A stretch of DNA of 64,000 nucleotides from Dicyema japonicum (Eukaryota; Animalia; Dicyemida), in assembly GCA_011109175.1 (NCBI GenBank), contig RDEW01000034.1:455556-519555 (forward strand), in the 5' to 3' direction. The notes under the pieces were generated by a model. It made no database searches and had not been told where the DNA came from. It worked only from the letters and a program-made list of their open reading frames with translations. The first letter of the stretch is position 1, and each line of letters begins with the position of its first letter. This document shows positions 40,473 to 52,670 of this stretch, piece by piece. A program made the position numbers and the translations under genes.

Positions 40473-41146
40473 ATGAGTTCAAGGTCTAAGAACGATTCAC
40501 CAAATAGTAGAATATTTGTTAGTTCTCCATTAATACCGGTATTAAAGTAAAGTAAATCTAAGACTGACCTGGAATCGTCAATATTATCAAGTTTGAATAT
40601 TATTAAATATTAGACGAAGGTTCCAACTCTTCACGCAAGAGTACAAACTATCACTCAAAGGTAAGGAGCTATGTTGGTGAGTTATAATTATAATAATATA
40701 GAGAATAAATATAACTCTGACGTAAATGAACTGAATATGTGGTCTCAAATAGGGAGAATGAGGAATAATAGTCAATGTTCTGTTGATGACCACAAACCAA
40801 ATGATAAAAAAGGAGATAATGATTCAGATCAAATTCAGTTTGATATGGATTGTAATCCAATAATTAATAAGGATTTATGGTTGTACATTGATGAGAGTGG
40901 GATTACTCAGGGTTTATTATTTTATTAATTTAAGGTCCTTTTAATACATCAAAGATGAGTTTGTGGTACAATAAACAATTATTATCTCCTCAATTGAAAG
41001 TTAAGAGGACAGACATGAGTGGGTTCATTATTTTGGGTTTATTTTTATTATTATCAGATGATCTTTACAAACTCATTGGGAGGAATCCCTTTGATGAGGA
41101 CTCAAGATCAAAGGTTTTCTACTCTTTATTTTAGTACAAAAGATAA
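40473..41146 (+). CDS. Small GYF-domain protein, 178 aa; introns 40539-40562, 40591-40613, 40677-40701, 40912-40934, 41037-41057, 41114-41134
   Basis: Six GT-AG introns give an uninterrupted frame; LWLYIDESGITQGPFNTSKMSLWY...LKVKR fits the GYF WxYxDxxGxxQGPF...MxxW pattern. Confidence 0.8.
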
Positions 41147-41689
41147 TTTTTGATATTTTTGGCTTAATCATTACTTTTATTACTCATAACTAGGCAACAA
41201 TGACTCATCTGACCTTTCATTAATTGATGCTAAATTTATCACACAATGAGGTAACCGATCATTAATACATTGATGATATTCACTAGTTGTTTATAATTGA
41301 TTGTACCTCGTGGTCTTACTAATATGTCATCATGCAAATAGTTTATCAATGATTACAATGATTTTATTAAAAGTTGACTGAGTAGAAATGGAAGAGCAGA
41401 CAAAGCGAAATATTCAACCAATTGGCCACATAGCAGCACATGGCGCCACGCGGCCTAATTTTTTGTCCTTAATAGAATGCCATTTAATTACCGTGAAGGT
41501 GAACAACATCGAAAATTCAGTTTTTGTATTATTTGTGGTTGTCCATAATTATTTTAAATATTTATTGAATCAGAGCCAATGCCTTCGAAATTCTCTTAAC
41601 TAAACGACTTTAATTTTTTTCATTTCTTTAATTTTAATCTTTAATTATTTTTTCATTTTCTATTATAAGACATATTTAATTGAAAATGA

Positions 41690-41860
41690 CGTAAGTGATG
41701 AGTCATGGTTTGGCTTTCTGGTTGACGACTGATGACATCGCATCTGAAGGTCGTGGGTTCGAACTCGAAAGATGGAGTTTTCAGCAAGGTCAATTCTTAT
41801 CAAACAGATTCCACACGTGAGGCGACGAGTCCTTCTGGCACGACACAGTTGTTAACCTTT
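41690..41860 (+). repeat. Dispersed SINE-like repeat with a B-box-like GGTTCGAACTC
   Basis: 41812-41853 matches the reverse complement of 10811-10853; head resembles the reverse complement of 32000-32040. Confidence 0.4.
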
Positions 41861-43119
41861 CTCTCTGATCAAATCCTGCATTATGAAAACTATTCCGCTA
41901 AAGAATGAAGTGATGTCCGCGACGGTAGGACGTCAGAGACCTGCTAACTATCGTTCTTGACGTTTCCACGATGACTGGCTCAAAAATGTCAATCGAGAAA
42001 TTCGTATTTCTCAATCATTAGAGCATCAGTTTTTTTCCGAGTTGCAGTCATAGCAAAGTTGAAGGGAAAGAGGGTATCCACACAGGTGGCGTTCCAGGCG
42101 AGGTACCTACCACTTTCCTATTGGAAGAGAGCTGTCTCGTCAGGTCTTTTGCTGGGTGGGCTAGTCCGAGAGACTTCATCTGTACAGGGAATCCGGTCGC
42201 TTCTAGTCCCCACAAAATAACTCAGTTGATTCCACTGTGTCAAAGTTAGGAGCATGTGTCATGCCAATGCTATCTCGGGCATCATAACAATTTCTGGATT
42301 AAGTACATGTTTGGCTCAACGACAACCCACTACTATCAACTAGAATAGTCTATCACTTCACTAGCTTAACAGCTAGCAAATGCAAACTTTGAGCAAAGTA
42401 AATTTTTTATCTTAGCTTTTTCTGCAGCTTTTCATCAAGAAAGGAAACAATGCCCATATGGATCGACGGTTCTAGTGCATTGATGTGCTTATTTTCAATA
42501 TCAGTAGGAAAGTTTAATTCGGACTGTCTAATTATCGAGGTGTGCCCAAACACTTTCGACAAGGAAGATGCGTCGCTCTCCTCTAATCTCTTATCAACCA
42601 GACAGATGTCATTTTTAGTTATTTTAGAAAAATAGTTACATATTCAATTGAAATCTATTCAACTTAATTAATAAAAATGGTATATTCAAGGAGAGTACGA
42701 GAGATATTGGAAGCTGGGATAATTAGTGGGTTTAGTTGTTTGAACATCATCATATTGTCCCCTGTGTTTATCTCTCGAGACCATACAAACCAGTACTTAC
42801 AGTTTTTACAAATCACGGATTTCAGAAGAGCTTGTGAGTAGCAAATCTTTCCAAATGTCTCAGTTACAATTCTTTTTTGGATAACTATGATCTCAGCATT
42901 TGTCTAGAAGTTGATGACTCGATGTACTGCTTATGCACTGATTCTAAATAAGTTTGATCCTATTTTCCATAAGGGACTATATTCCATAGCCATATAAACC
43001 AATAAGCACAGTCTATATCTATGCGGACATTGAATTGAACCCGTGGCCTATGACAATTATACAACAAAATATTAATGAATTCAAAATCATTGAACTAAGA
43101 AACTTCGAAAAGACATATC

Positions 43120-43430
43120 TTACAAGAGTCCAAACTCTGGAGTGGAGACATATTCACCAAAGTTCCATATTCGGTAATTAGATATGACAGGAAAGGAAAA
43201 GCTCGGGGGTGGGCTACTGTTGTATGTAATAGAATCCCCTACGAGGACTATGCTTAAAAACCACTTCACAGATAAAAGCAGTCTTGAACTTCTGACAACA
43301 GAAATTTGTCTTCCTCCGACTCTCTTTAACACATACATCATGCCTTCAAACTCATGTTCAACATTATCAAGAATTTATTCCCCTATCACACTCAAAACCC
43401 AACAATATGTGAAGATTTTAATATGAAACA
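43120..43430 (+). mobile_element. APE endonuclease remnant
   Basis: KLGGGLLLYV...LELLTTEI. Confidence 0.55.
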
Positions 43431-44129
43431 TCCTCTTTGGTTTATGGGGTGAGCTCATAATAAGTGGGGGAAATTGCTAGTTGAAGATCTGGACAAATTT
43501 TGCATTTCAAACAATCCAACTTTTTATACAAGAACCTCCACAGAGATTTCAGAGTAGCCACTGGGTCATATAAGAAATGTTTAACATTGTGACCTACGGT
43601 TCGCTCAACTATGGGTTGAGATTTCCCCAACCAAGTCATTTGTACCACATGTAAAAGGGACTACAATGAATTACCATAATCATTTTAACAATACAATTAT
43701 TCCAGTTAATACCACAACAAACATCCCAGGAGTTTGACTAGGGATTTTAACAAAACGTGTGGAAATTGTGTGACAACAGCGATTATGAGTAACAAAAGTT
43801 TTTGGAAACAATAATTGATCCCCCTCCACTATCTACAGACAATTAGTCATGACAGTATTGACATATGCGAGTACAACGTGGTCAATGGTCATTTCCTCAA
43901 TGAATAAATTGACAAAAAACCATTAAGATGCCAACAGAATCATAGGACACAATTCTTAATCTCTCAAAGCATTCCTATTTTAACAATTACGAAAATTCAT
44001 GAGGGGAGACAAATAACAAAACATTCACCTCTACGACATTTTGGTCAAATACCTGAGAAAATCATCAGAGATATGAGAAGACTGTCATCAATAGCGGTTC
44101 AAAATGCTCACCCATGCAGTTTCCGACCT

Positions 44130-44205
44130 CCCTTTAGTTCTGGGATCACTTATAAAACATTCTTTCTCTTTTAACCCAATGTTCCTGGGGCAATAATAAA
44201 TACAG
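44130..44205 (+). repeat. LINE 3' tail remnant (hairpin + TAA)
   Basis: CTGGGATCACTTA...TTCTTTCTC...CCCAATGTTCCTGGG-AATAATAAA. Confidence 0.65.
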
Positions 44206-45313
44206 TCCATAGATCTCCCATTTTGTCAACACCTTTGACATGTAAAAAAAGTACATGTTTATGTCTGAGATTTGTTGTATGGATTTTTGCCATTATCATC
44301 AATTTTACTATTTTTAATATCTGTAAGGTATAACTGATTTTACGGACTCCATAAACCAGACTATAGTCGGTTCTTAGGGGACAACATTAGTTGCATACCC
44401 AAGACAGACAAGTCCCCTCCGACTGATGAGAAAGTTAGTCAACCAGAGTTTGAGTCTTCCAGAAATTTCCGTTTGAAAGATCATTCGAATGAGAATCCTT
44501 CTTGAAAGTTAAATGCCTTGAGTAAATGAGTTTTGGAATGTGCTAGAAGCCAAAGTAACTGAAGTCTGTTAGAGGCTAAATAAGTAGATAGTGACTTTTC
44601 TATCCTTAAAACATTCATAACAATAACATCTTTCATTTTTAAAGGAAAAATCCCTCTCGAACTACAACAAAGTGAGACTGTTCTTCCAGAGTTTCAGATA
44701 GATCATTGGAATCCCATAGGGTCCATGGAGTAAGCTGTTTTGTATCACTCTGAATATCTCTCACGTTGTTGTCAATAAAAGAATCGATTCTAGTTATTTT
44801 TTCAGTTTATTTAGCTACAATGAATATGATTATGACTTATGATCTTTGTATACGATCTTTTCATCATATTATTCAAACAAAGTATAGCATAATCATTGCA
44901 TCAATAGTAGGTCATTATTACATCAATAATAGGTCATACACCATTCCTTTAATTATGGATATCCAACATGTCTATTGGGGCAGTTGGAATTGTGTTTAGA
45001 TTAGAATATTTATAAGAACCATCTGAGATTTTTAGGCAGCAGTGAGTGTTAGTGTATCCAAGTTTGTAATTGTAAAACCATGAACTTTTTCTCTTAATAA
45101 AAGTGTCCTTATTGGTTACAATAGTATAGACTTATGATCATGTTTGTGTGGTGAATGACTGACCGGGTAGTGATCGACTGTGTCTGGAGAGTTTGGATAA
45201 GATGACCTATTTAAAAAAAATATTGATGTATGATAATAATATAATAATAAAAAAAAAAAAAAAATAATAAAAGAACGTTAATGTGTAAGTTAGGTGGTGT
45301 ATTATGATGTTAG

Positions 45314-48300
45314 ATGAATGCTAAGAGAATGAAGAGGGATATTGATGAAGGATTATATTCAAGACAACTGTAATGAAAAAATGATGACAAATAGATATGT
45401 ACTAGGACATAGTGCAATGAATAAGATGTGTGAATCAAGTGTATTAATATGCGGATTGGGAGGATTAGGTGTGGAGATAGCCAAGAATCTAATATTAAGT
45501 GGAATTGGAGAAGTATGTTTGCAGGATACAGTAAATACAAGAATGTTAGACTTATCAGGACAGGTATATTATAAAAGTAAAGTAGTATTACTTAAATGAA
45601 TCAAAATTGGGAATGAACAGAGCATTATGTAGTTATGAAAAGTTAAGTGAATTGAATGAGTATGTGAGAGTGAGAGTAATGACGAGTGAATTGAGTGAAA
45701 ATGAATTGGATAAATTCAATGTAGTAGTAATGACAGAGAGACATGGAAGTGAATGTATATGGATAGACAAATACTGTAGACTGAATGGAATAAAGTTTAT
45801 AATGGCAAACTCATATGGAGTATTTGGGTTATGATGATGATTATTATAGTCAAATATTTGTAGATTTTGGTGATAACTATGAAGTATTGGATATTAATGG
45901 AGTTGTTGGAGAGAGATTAATAGTTACGAATATTGATAGGTCAACAGGAGTAGTATTAGTATTGGAGGAGCATAAATTAGAGGATGGAGAATATGTTAAA
46001 TTTAGTAAAGTAAGAGGGATGACAGAGATAAACACAGGTGGACCATTTATAATAAAAGTGATAAGTATATATAATATATAAATTAAAGGTCGAATGTCAT
46101 TTAGTATTGGTGATATATCATCATTTAGTGAATATGATGGAGGGGGAATTGTACAATTAGTAAAAATACCAGTAATCATGCATTTTGAATCATTGGAGGA
46201 TAATATTGATAATCCAACTTTAGTAGATAGTGATGCAAAAGAATTACATAAAGGATTTCAAAGATTAGACTGTTTTGTTGTGACGAATGGTCGATTCCCA
46301 GATGTTAGTGATGAAGAGTTTAGTAAATATTGTGGGAATTTATGCCCAATGAATGGAATAATAGGAAGTCTTTCAGCACAAGAAGTAATAAAAGTAATAT
46401 ATTTTATATAACAAGGGATGTACTGGTAAATTTACTCCAATAATCCAATGGTTATACTTTGATGCAGTTTTATGTCTTCCTAAAGTGATAGAACCACAAA
46501 GATTACAAAATAATAGATATGTAGGCCAGACTGTACTATTTGGACAAGAATATCAAACCAAACTAGAGTCTCTCAACACATTTATTGTATTATTATTATT
46601 AATACAGGTTGGAATGGGTGCTATTGGATGTGAATTATTAAAGAATTTGTCTATGATGGGGGTTAGTTGTGGAAGTGGTAAAACTGTTATTACTGATATG
46701 GACACTATTGAAAAGTCTAATCTAAATAGACAGTTTTTATTTAGACATTCGGATATTATGGTACATTTATTACTTATTACAGAAATCAAAGTCTTTTACT
46801 GCTGCTAAAGCTGTTCAATCTTTTAATAATATTAATATTACATCTTACGATTATGAGGTTGGTCCATCCACTGATCACTTCTTTAATGATTACTTTTATA
46901 ATTCCCTTAATGTTATATTTACTGCACTTGACAAAGTTGATGCAAGTTCTTTTACTTTTTTACTTTAGGACGATTTGTGGATTCTAAATGCTTATATTAT
47001 AGAATCCCTATGATTGATTCTGGTACACAAGGTACTAAGGGACATTGTCAACCAGTCATACCCTTCTTAACTGAATCTATTCTTCCACTACTGATCCTAT
47101 TACTCCTGACTTTCCTTTCTGTACTGTCAAACATTTCCCTTATACTATTGAACATTGTATTCAATATGCTTGTGATTTATTCTCACAATTATTCTATAAT
47201 GATTCTAATGCTGCTAATCAATATTTAAAACATCATACTCTATCTGATGATCTTATTCCTTCAATACTTTCTGTTTTTGGAGATAATGGTACTTTTGACT
47301 ATCCTTCTTGTGTTTTATGGGCTCTCAATCAGTTTACCAATGATTATAGGAATAATATTTTACAATTACTGCATAATTTCCCTCATGATTCAGTTACTTT
47401 TATATATATATTAGACTACTACCAATGGATTACCATTCTGGTCTCCACCAAAGATATGTCCCAAAGCTATCCACTTTGACTCCTTTAATGTTTATATTAT
47501 ATTATTATAGACTCTACATACAAGATATGTCACACTTGCTGCCAAATTAAGGGCACAGTCCCTAGGAATTGATATTATTGAAGGATATATTGAGAATGTT
47601 ATAGATAAATTAGAAATAAAAGAATTTGTACCAAAAAAAGATAATCAAGAGTCTATAAAAGAATTATCAATAAATGATGTTGTTGTAACTCCTAATCCAT
47701 TGGAATATGATAAGGATAATGAAATACATTCAGAGTTTGTGACTTTAGTCTCTAATCTACGAGCTGAAAACTATGGAATAGAGCCATCATCAATATATGA
47801 GGTTAATATTATAATTATATTAGACTAAACGAATATCCGGTAATATTATCCCTGCTATGGCCACAACTACATCACTTGTTGTTGGATTAGTCTGCTTGGA
47901 ATTGTATAAAATAGTTAATAATGAAAATAATATTGACTCATATCGTACTACATATGCTGATACTGCCTTATCACAAATACTTACATGCTCTCCCATTCAA
48001 TGCTCTATTAATAACTATCTCAATCATCAGTGGTCAATGTGGGATAGAATTGATATTAATGAACCAATGACACTTGACACGTTTATTAAATATATTCAAC
48101 ATCACTATCATACTCATATTGATATTATTTCACATTCTTCTATTACTATTTACTCATCATTTATGGATAAAAAGAAGAAAAAAGATAGACTCAATATGCT
48201 GTACTTTTTTATTTATTCTAGAATTACCGATATTATTACATCTATTACTAATCAACCCATTCCTCCACATTTAAATTATATAATACTTGATATCATTGTC

Positions 48301-48366
48301 TCACCAATTGATGGAGACTACGACCTTGATCTTCCCTATATTAATTATAAAGTTCACAGGAATTAA
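45314..48366 (+). CDS. UBA1: Ubiquitin-activating enzyme E1, about 928 aa; 12 introns of 21-25 nt; one frame break near 47079
   Basis: [53 protein letters not shown], catalytic [20 protein letters not shown]; introns 45370-45394, 45564-45585, 45828-45849, 46065-46088, 46394-46415, 46587-46607, 46761-46782, 46946-46968, 47393-47414, 47490-47510, 47802-47823, 48201-48221. Confidence 0.97.
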
Positions 48367-48759
48367 TTTCTTTTCCCTTTATTCACTCTAGTCATCAATA
48401 ACCACAATCTGTTGATACACATGTTCTTCTGTAGTTAAGTACAAAACACTACCTCTTATATAATCCTGGTGGTGTCGTTTGTTTTGAAATTTATCAAGGA
48501 CTGTTTGGAAAAGTTCTATATATTTGGCTACTTCATTTGCATGCAAAATAGGTAAGAAAAAATCTCTTGCTGAACAAAGTTCTCGCTCGGCCGACAGAAT
48601 TCCTGACGCGAGGAGCTTTTTATTAAATTAGAAGCAACAATAAATATACCTCATGATTGAAGACTCCCGATTAAGGAAATTCATAATAAGTATATTAATC
48701 GGAAGATTACTAAACACAGTTGTGACATAACACACTGTATGCTGTTCAATGCGAAAGGT

Positions 48760-49900
48760 CATTAACTAGCTCCTTTCATCAGAGAATTGCGGGCAATTGT
48801 CAAATCAAAGGAAATTATGAGCGCATGCAACAAACTAAAGAATCACAGGGACGCTGAACCGGATAGTATCTTCCTGAACTGCTGAAATATAGACATATAA
48901 GTTTCTTCGAAACCATTGCGACATTATTTAATAGAATGTTTAAATCTAACTCAATCCTACTCCTGGGAAAAAGGGATATTGATACTTATGGATGTCCTAC
49001 ATCAATATGTGGATTAATCGTTGCAAAGGAATATCCGAGTACTGCTCTCTAGTACTGAACTCTAATCGCCACTCCTCAGGGAGATTCTCTCCCTTAATAT
49101 TTGTGATATATCTTAAACCCGCACTAAAACATCCAAAAACGTGTTACGAAGAAAAAATAGAAGTCGTGTACGCGGATGATGTGGATTTTATATCCGAGGA
49201 TACAGAAGCTCTCTTACATCTACTGAAAAATATACCGGAAAATTTTTGGTGAATGGTTCCTAATCGTAAACTGGGACAAACCCGAAATAACCGAAATCAA
49301 AAAAATGGAAATCATTCTTGATGAAGTTGCCGACATGTTAATAAGATTGGATCCCTACTGGGGACACAGAAGACATCAAATGGAAAACATTTGCAGGAGT
49401 AGCAATGGAAAATTTCAAAAAGTGATGTCTGAAAGGACTTGATGTTAATCTACGGATGTTTAATGCATTTGTGAAACCAATACTCACATATAATGCTGGT
49501 ACTTTGGCCTATTCGATTGCGGAATATTCCTAGACAGCATAGAGTGTTATTTTTCATACATTGGCTTGCAAGGATCTCGAACTGGAATTCTAAAAATGCA
49601 AGAGTAGGCCTCTAAGCCTGGACATGACTGACGCCCGGTGGAGACTGTTTGAAGACATCCTGCGTATGTATCCCGCTGCCCTAGCGAATGTGGCGACGGA
49701 AGATCACTTTATGTTCGATGGGAAATGCTTCCGTGGCCGATCAAGAATAACAAGCCCTATCATACTCGCAAAGACTTCCACAGAATGAGGAAATACCCAA
49801 AGAAGGGAGACAATCTGGATGAGATCGATTGTATGTAACCGTGAAGAATGGAATAACATTGTTATACTATAACCATTATGGCAAGGAGATAAGTGTTTAT
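48760..49900 (+). mobile_element. Degenerate RTE-like LINE RT
   Basis: FSPLIFVIYL, VVYADDVDFI, RWRLF...FRGRSR; same family as 24670-27850. Confidence 0.75.
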
Positions 49901-50149
49901 AATAATTATGAATCCTTAGAAACAAAGTACTAGTCTAAATACAAAAATCGAATTAATTTTGTTCCTTCAAATATTTGAAAAAGGGGTTTGACTTAGTGGA
50001 CTACAACTTCCTAAAGGATATATTAATGAATTCTGGTTCCCCATTACAGAATTTGTATTTTTGACCATTCAAAATTGGAGAGTTAAACTTGAAAAAAGAA
50101 TTTGGAATGTCAAATAGGGGTATACTTTAAGGAGATTCACCATCCATAC

Positions 50150-50560
50150 TTATTTGTGTTGGTGATTGGCCACCACTTGTATGCCCAACTTATATAAATT
50201 GATGACGAAATGTTTTAACAGGAAATTTAGTTATTTCGTTGAAACATGGATCCTCTAAACAGGCTGTAGAGTGGAAAATACCCAAAAGTGTATATTAGTC
50301 AACTCTTGCCACGAGTCATTTGCTTTTTATGGATGATTTGAAAATATAATCTCAAGAATATATAACAATTATTAGGATTATGGAAGACATTTAAGTATTT
50401 TTTAAATGGACTTGAGAATAACACTGACAAGACAGCTACTAATCTATAATGTTAGGCACATATGAAGCTGAATGCAGGGAATATATTCAAACAATAAATG
50501 AATACGCACTCTAACTTTGCTATATTGGACCGATCAACATTGAGTTTGAGGATGTCAAGG
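50150..50560 (+). mobile_element. R4-like RT remnant
   Basis: CMPNLYKLMTKC and HLLFMDDLKI. Confidence 0.55.
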
Positions 50561-50833
50561 TTTATTGTATTCTCTGAAACCCGCGAGGAAAGAAAGGCCT
50601 TCCCAGAGATAAACATCAGTTGTATTCAAAAGTGAATATTTAAATTTCCCCATGATTAGGAGAGAAAATCTATTTTGTGTCTAAGGAAAGCTTTAATTCA
50701 AGAATGGGGAGGATCGCATGATTCCTAGCGTATAATCTGAATTATTAAAAAGTTCAAACTGATTGGTTATTAAAAATAATTATTATGGCTAAAAGATGGG
50801 AGATGTGTAAATGTAAACAGATTATTAAAAAAG

Positions 50834-51890
50834 TTAATGAATATTATGGCATTTGTGTCCAAATTTACATTTACCAGCCAAATAGAATGAACAAACATGA
50901 TTTTGTTTATATAATTGAATATATGTGGGAATATAAGGAATATTCTAAATATAATAAAATATAAACATTTGGAATATAATATGTTGGTTTATATGGAATA
51001 TCTATTACTTCATTTAATGGAATTATAGGACATTGTTTAGATGATATTTCAATAATATAGGGATCACTTGGGGAGAATATGTTTGGAGTACATTCTACTT
51101 CATTCTCTTTAACATATTCTTTACTAATAACTCCTTCTATAAGTTGTGGTGTTGTCCAATAATTCCCCAATTCATGAGTGGGTACTTTAAACTCACGAAC
51201 ATCCTCCAATTGTTGAGCCCATGTAACTGCTTTAGTAGGTTTTACTGGTGGACTATTCAATTTAGGTAACTTTGGTTGAACGTGAGGAGTAAATTTATGT
51301 CGTTTAATGCCAAACTGTTGTAAATCAAATCCTTCCCTAAAATGTGCCTGTTTGAGAAGAGTTTTCCATTTATGAACAATATGAGCAGCCAATAGTGAAA
51401 TATCTAAATATAAAGGACAAATACCCTTATCTCCTTTAATAAGTGATTTAATTAATTTAGGTGAATTATTATCCTTTAATAGTGATATATTAACAGGTAT
51501 ATGCTTGTATATTACAAGTAATACTCTCATTAAATCATCACATTTGCATTCATTTAGTAATTTGTTTAGTACTCCCCATATCTTTTCAGACAAACTCCTA
51601 CAACTCTATTATTATTTATTACTTTAATATATCCATTCTACTTGTCCTTAATATTATTTCACACACAAAACATATTGTAAAAACATCACCTCCCTTTAAC
51701 AATCTTAATTATCTCTCATTATACTTTGATATTCCAATACATGATTCAACATCTATTATCTCTCCTTTATTATTTACCAAACGTGTGCATTCCCTTAATA
51801 TTCCCACTATATTACTTGGAAATACTACAAGTGATTTAAATACTCTTTCATTCGCTGAGTCTAATACTATCTTTACACTAACTAACCAAT
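50834..51890 (-). CDS. PPP1R10: PP1 nuclear targeting subunit (PNUTS), miniaturised; at least 5 tiny introns (e.g. 51404-51424, 50945-50966); start approximate
   Basis: TFIIS-N-like region ending IVHKWK, RVxF-type KAVTW, SPSDP...IIPLNE, and terminal CCCH finger CSFYLAGKCKFGHKCHNIH after splicing. Confidence 0.8.
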
Positions 51891-52589
51891 CATCAATATT
51901 ATTATTATTATATTTATTTTTTATTTTATAATTTAATATAATATATTTTACGATTCATCATCTATACAGTACATATATGCCAAAATAAATATTCTTCAGA
52001 AGACGGCTTAATTATCCCAACCTGGAGCGATATCACTCACAAAACCTACAATTAGAGAAACACTTGAAATCTATAACGTGCTATTTAACTATCCCTATTA
52101 AGCATCTATACCTGAAGATGAAGATCCTTACATCGGGTGATCACTCGAAATGCTGAATTTATAATATTTCCAATGATCATTTGAGTCTAATTATCTAACC
52201 TTACCATCTCCTATGACAGTAAACACGTCTAGGATTCTCATTTACCTCCATTTACCAAAAACCGAACTTGGAAAGAATTCACGACATTATATCCACCTGT
52301 AACACGAATGCCCTTGAAAACGGTAAAATAATCGGGGACTGGATAAAAAAGGTTTTTGCCATGAATCACCATTGTTCTTCAATGAATAAATACTCCAAAA
52401 TTTAGGAAACCACTAACAAAATCGTCAAATCTAACTCCGAGTCTATTACTCTTGAAGCATTCCTACTTGAAAACAGCTCCCTTTACGTCATTTTTATCAT
52501 TAACCTCCAAAATAACCCGATATATGAAAAGACATGAGTCTGTTGTGGAGGGCGTTTCAAGGTCACCATCCCAACCGATTTCGACGTCC

Positions 52590-52670
52590 CACTTATCGGT
52601 CTAAGATCACTTAGTTAGGTGGGACATTCTTTCTCTTTAACCCAGTGGTCGTGGGGCAATAATAATGAAT
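52590..52670 (+). repeat. LINE 3' tail remnant
   Basis: GATCACTTAGTTAG...TTCTTTCTC...CCCAGTGGTCGTGGG-AATAATAAT. Confidence 0.65.

Noticed and set aside
45284-45313. 5' UTR intron or trans-splice acceptor (AG directly before ATG here and at 14289)
   Set aside because: Only two cases in AT-rich sequence; other genes lack it; not decidable without cDNA
14290-48366. Stop-codon reassignment
   Set aside because: In-frame stops fall inside GT-AG introns or follow single-base frame breaks; no stop sits at a conserved residue
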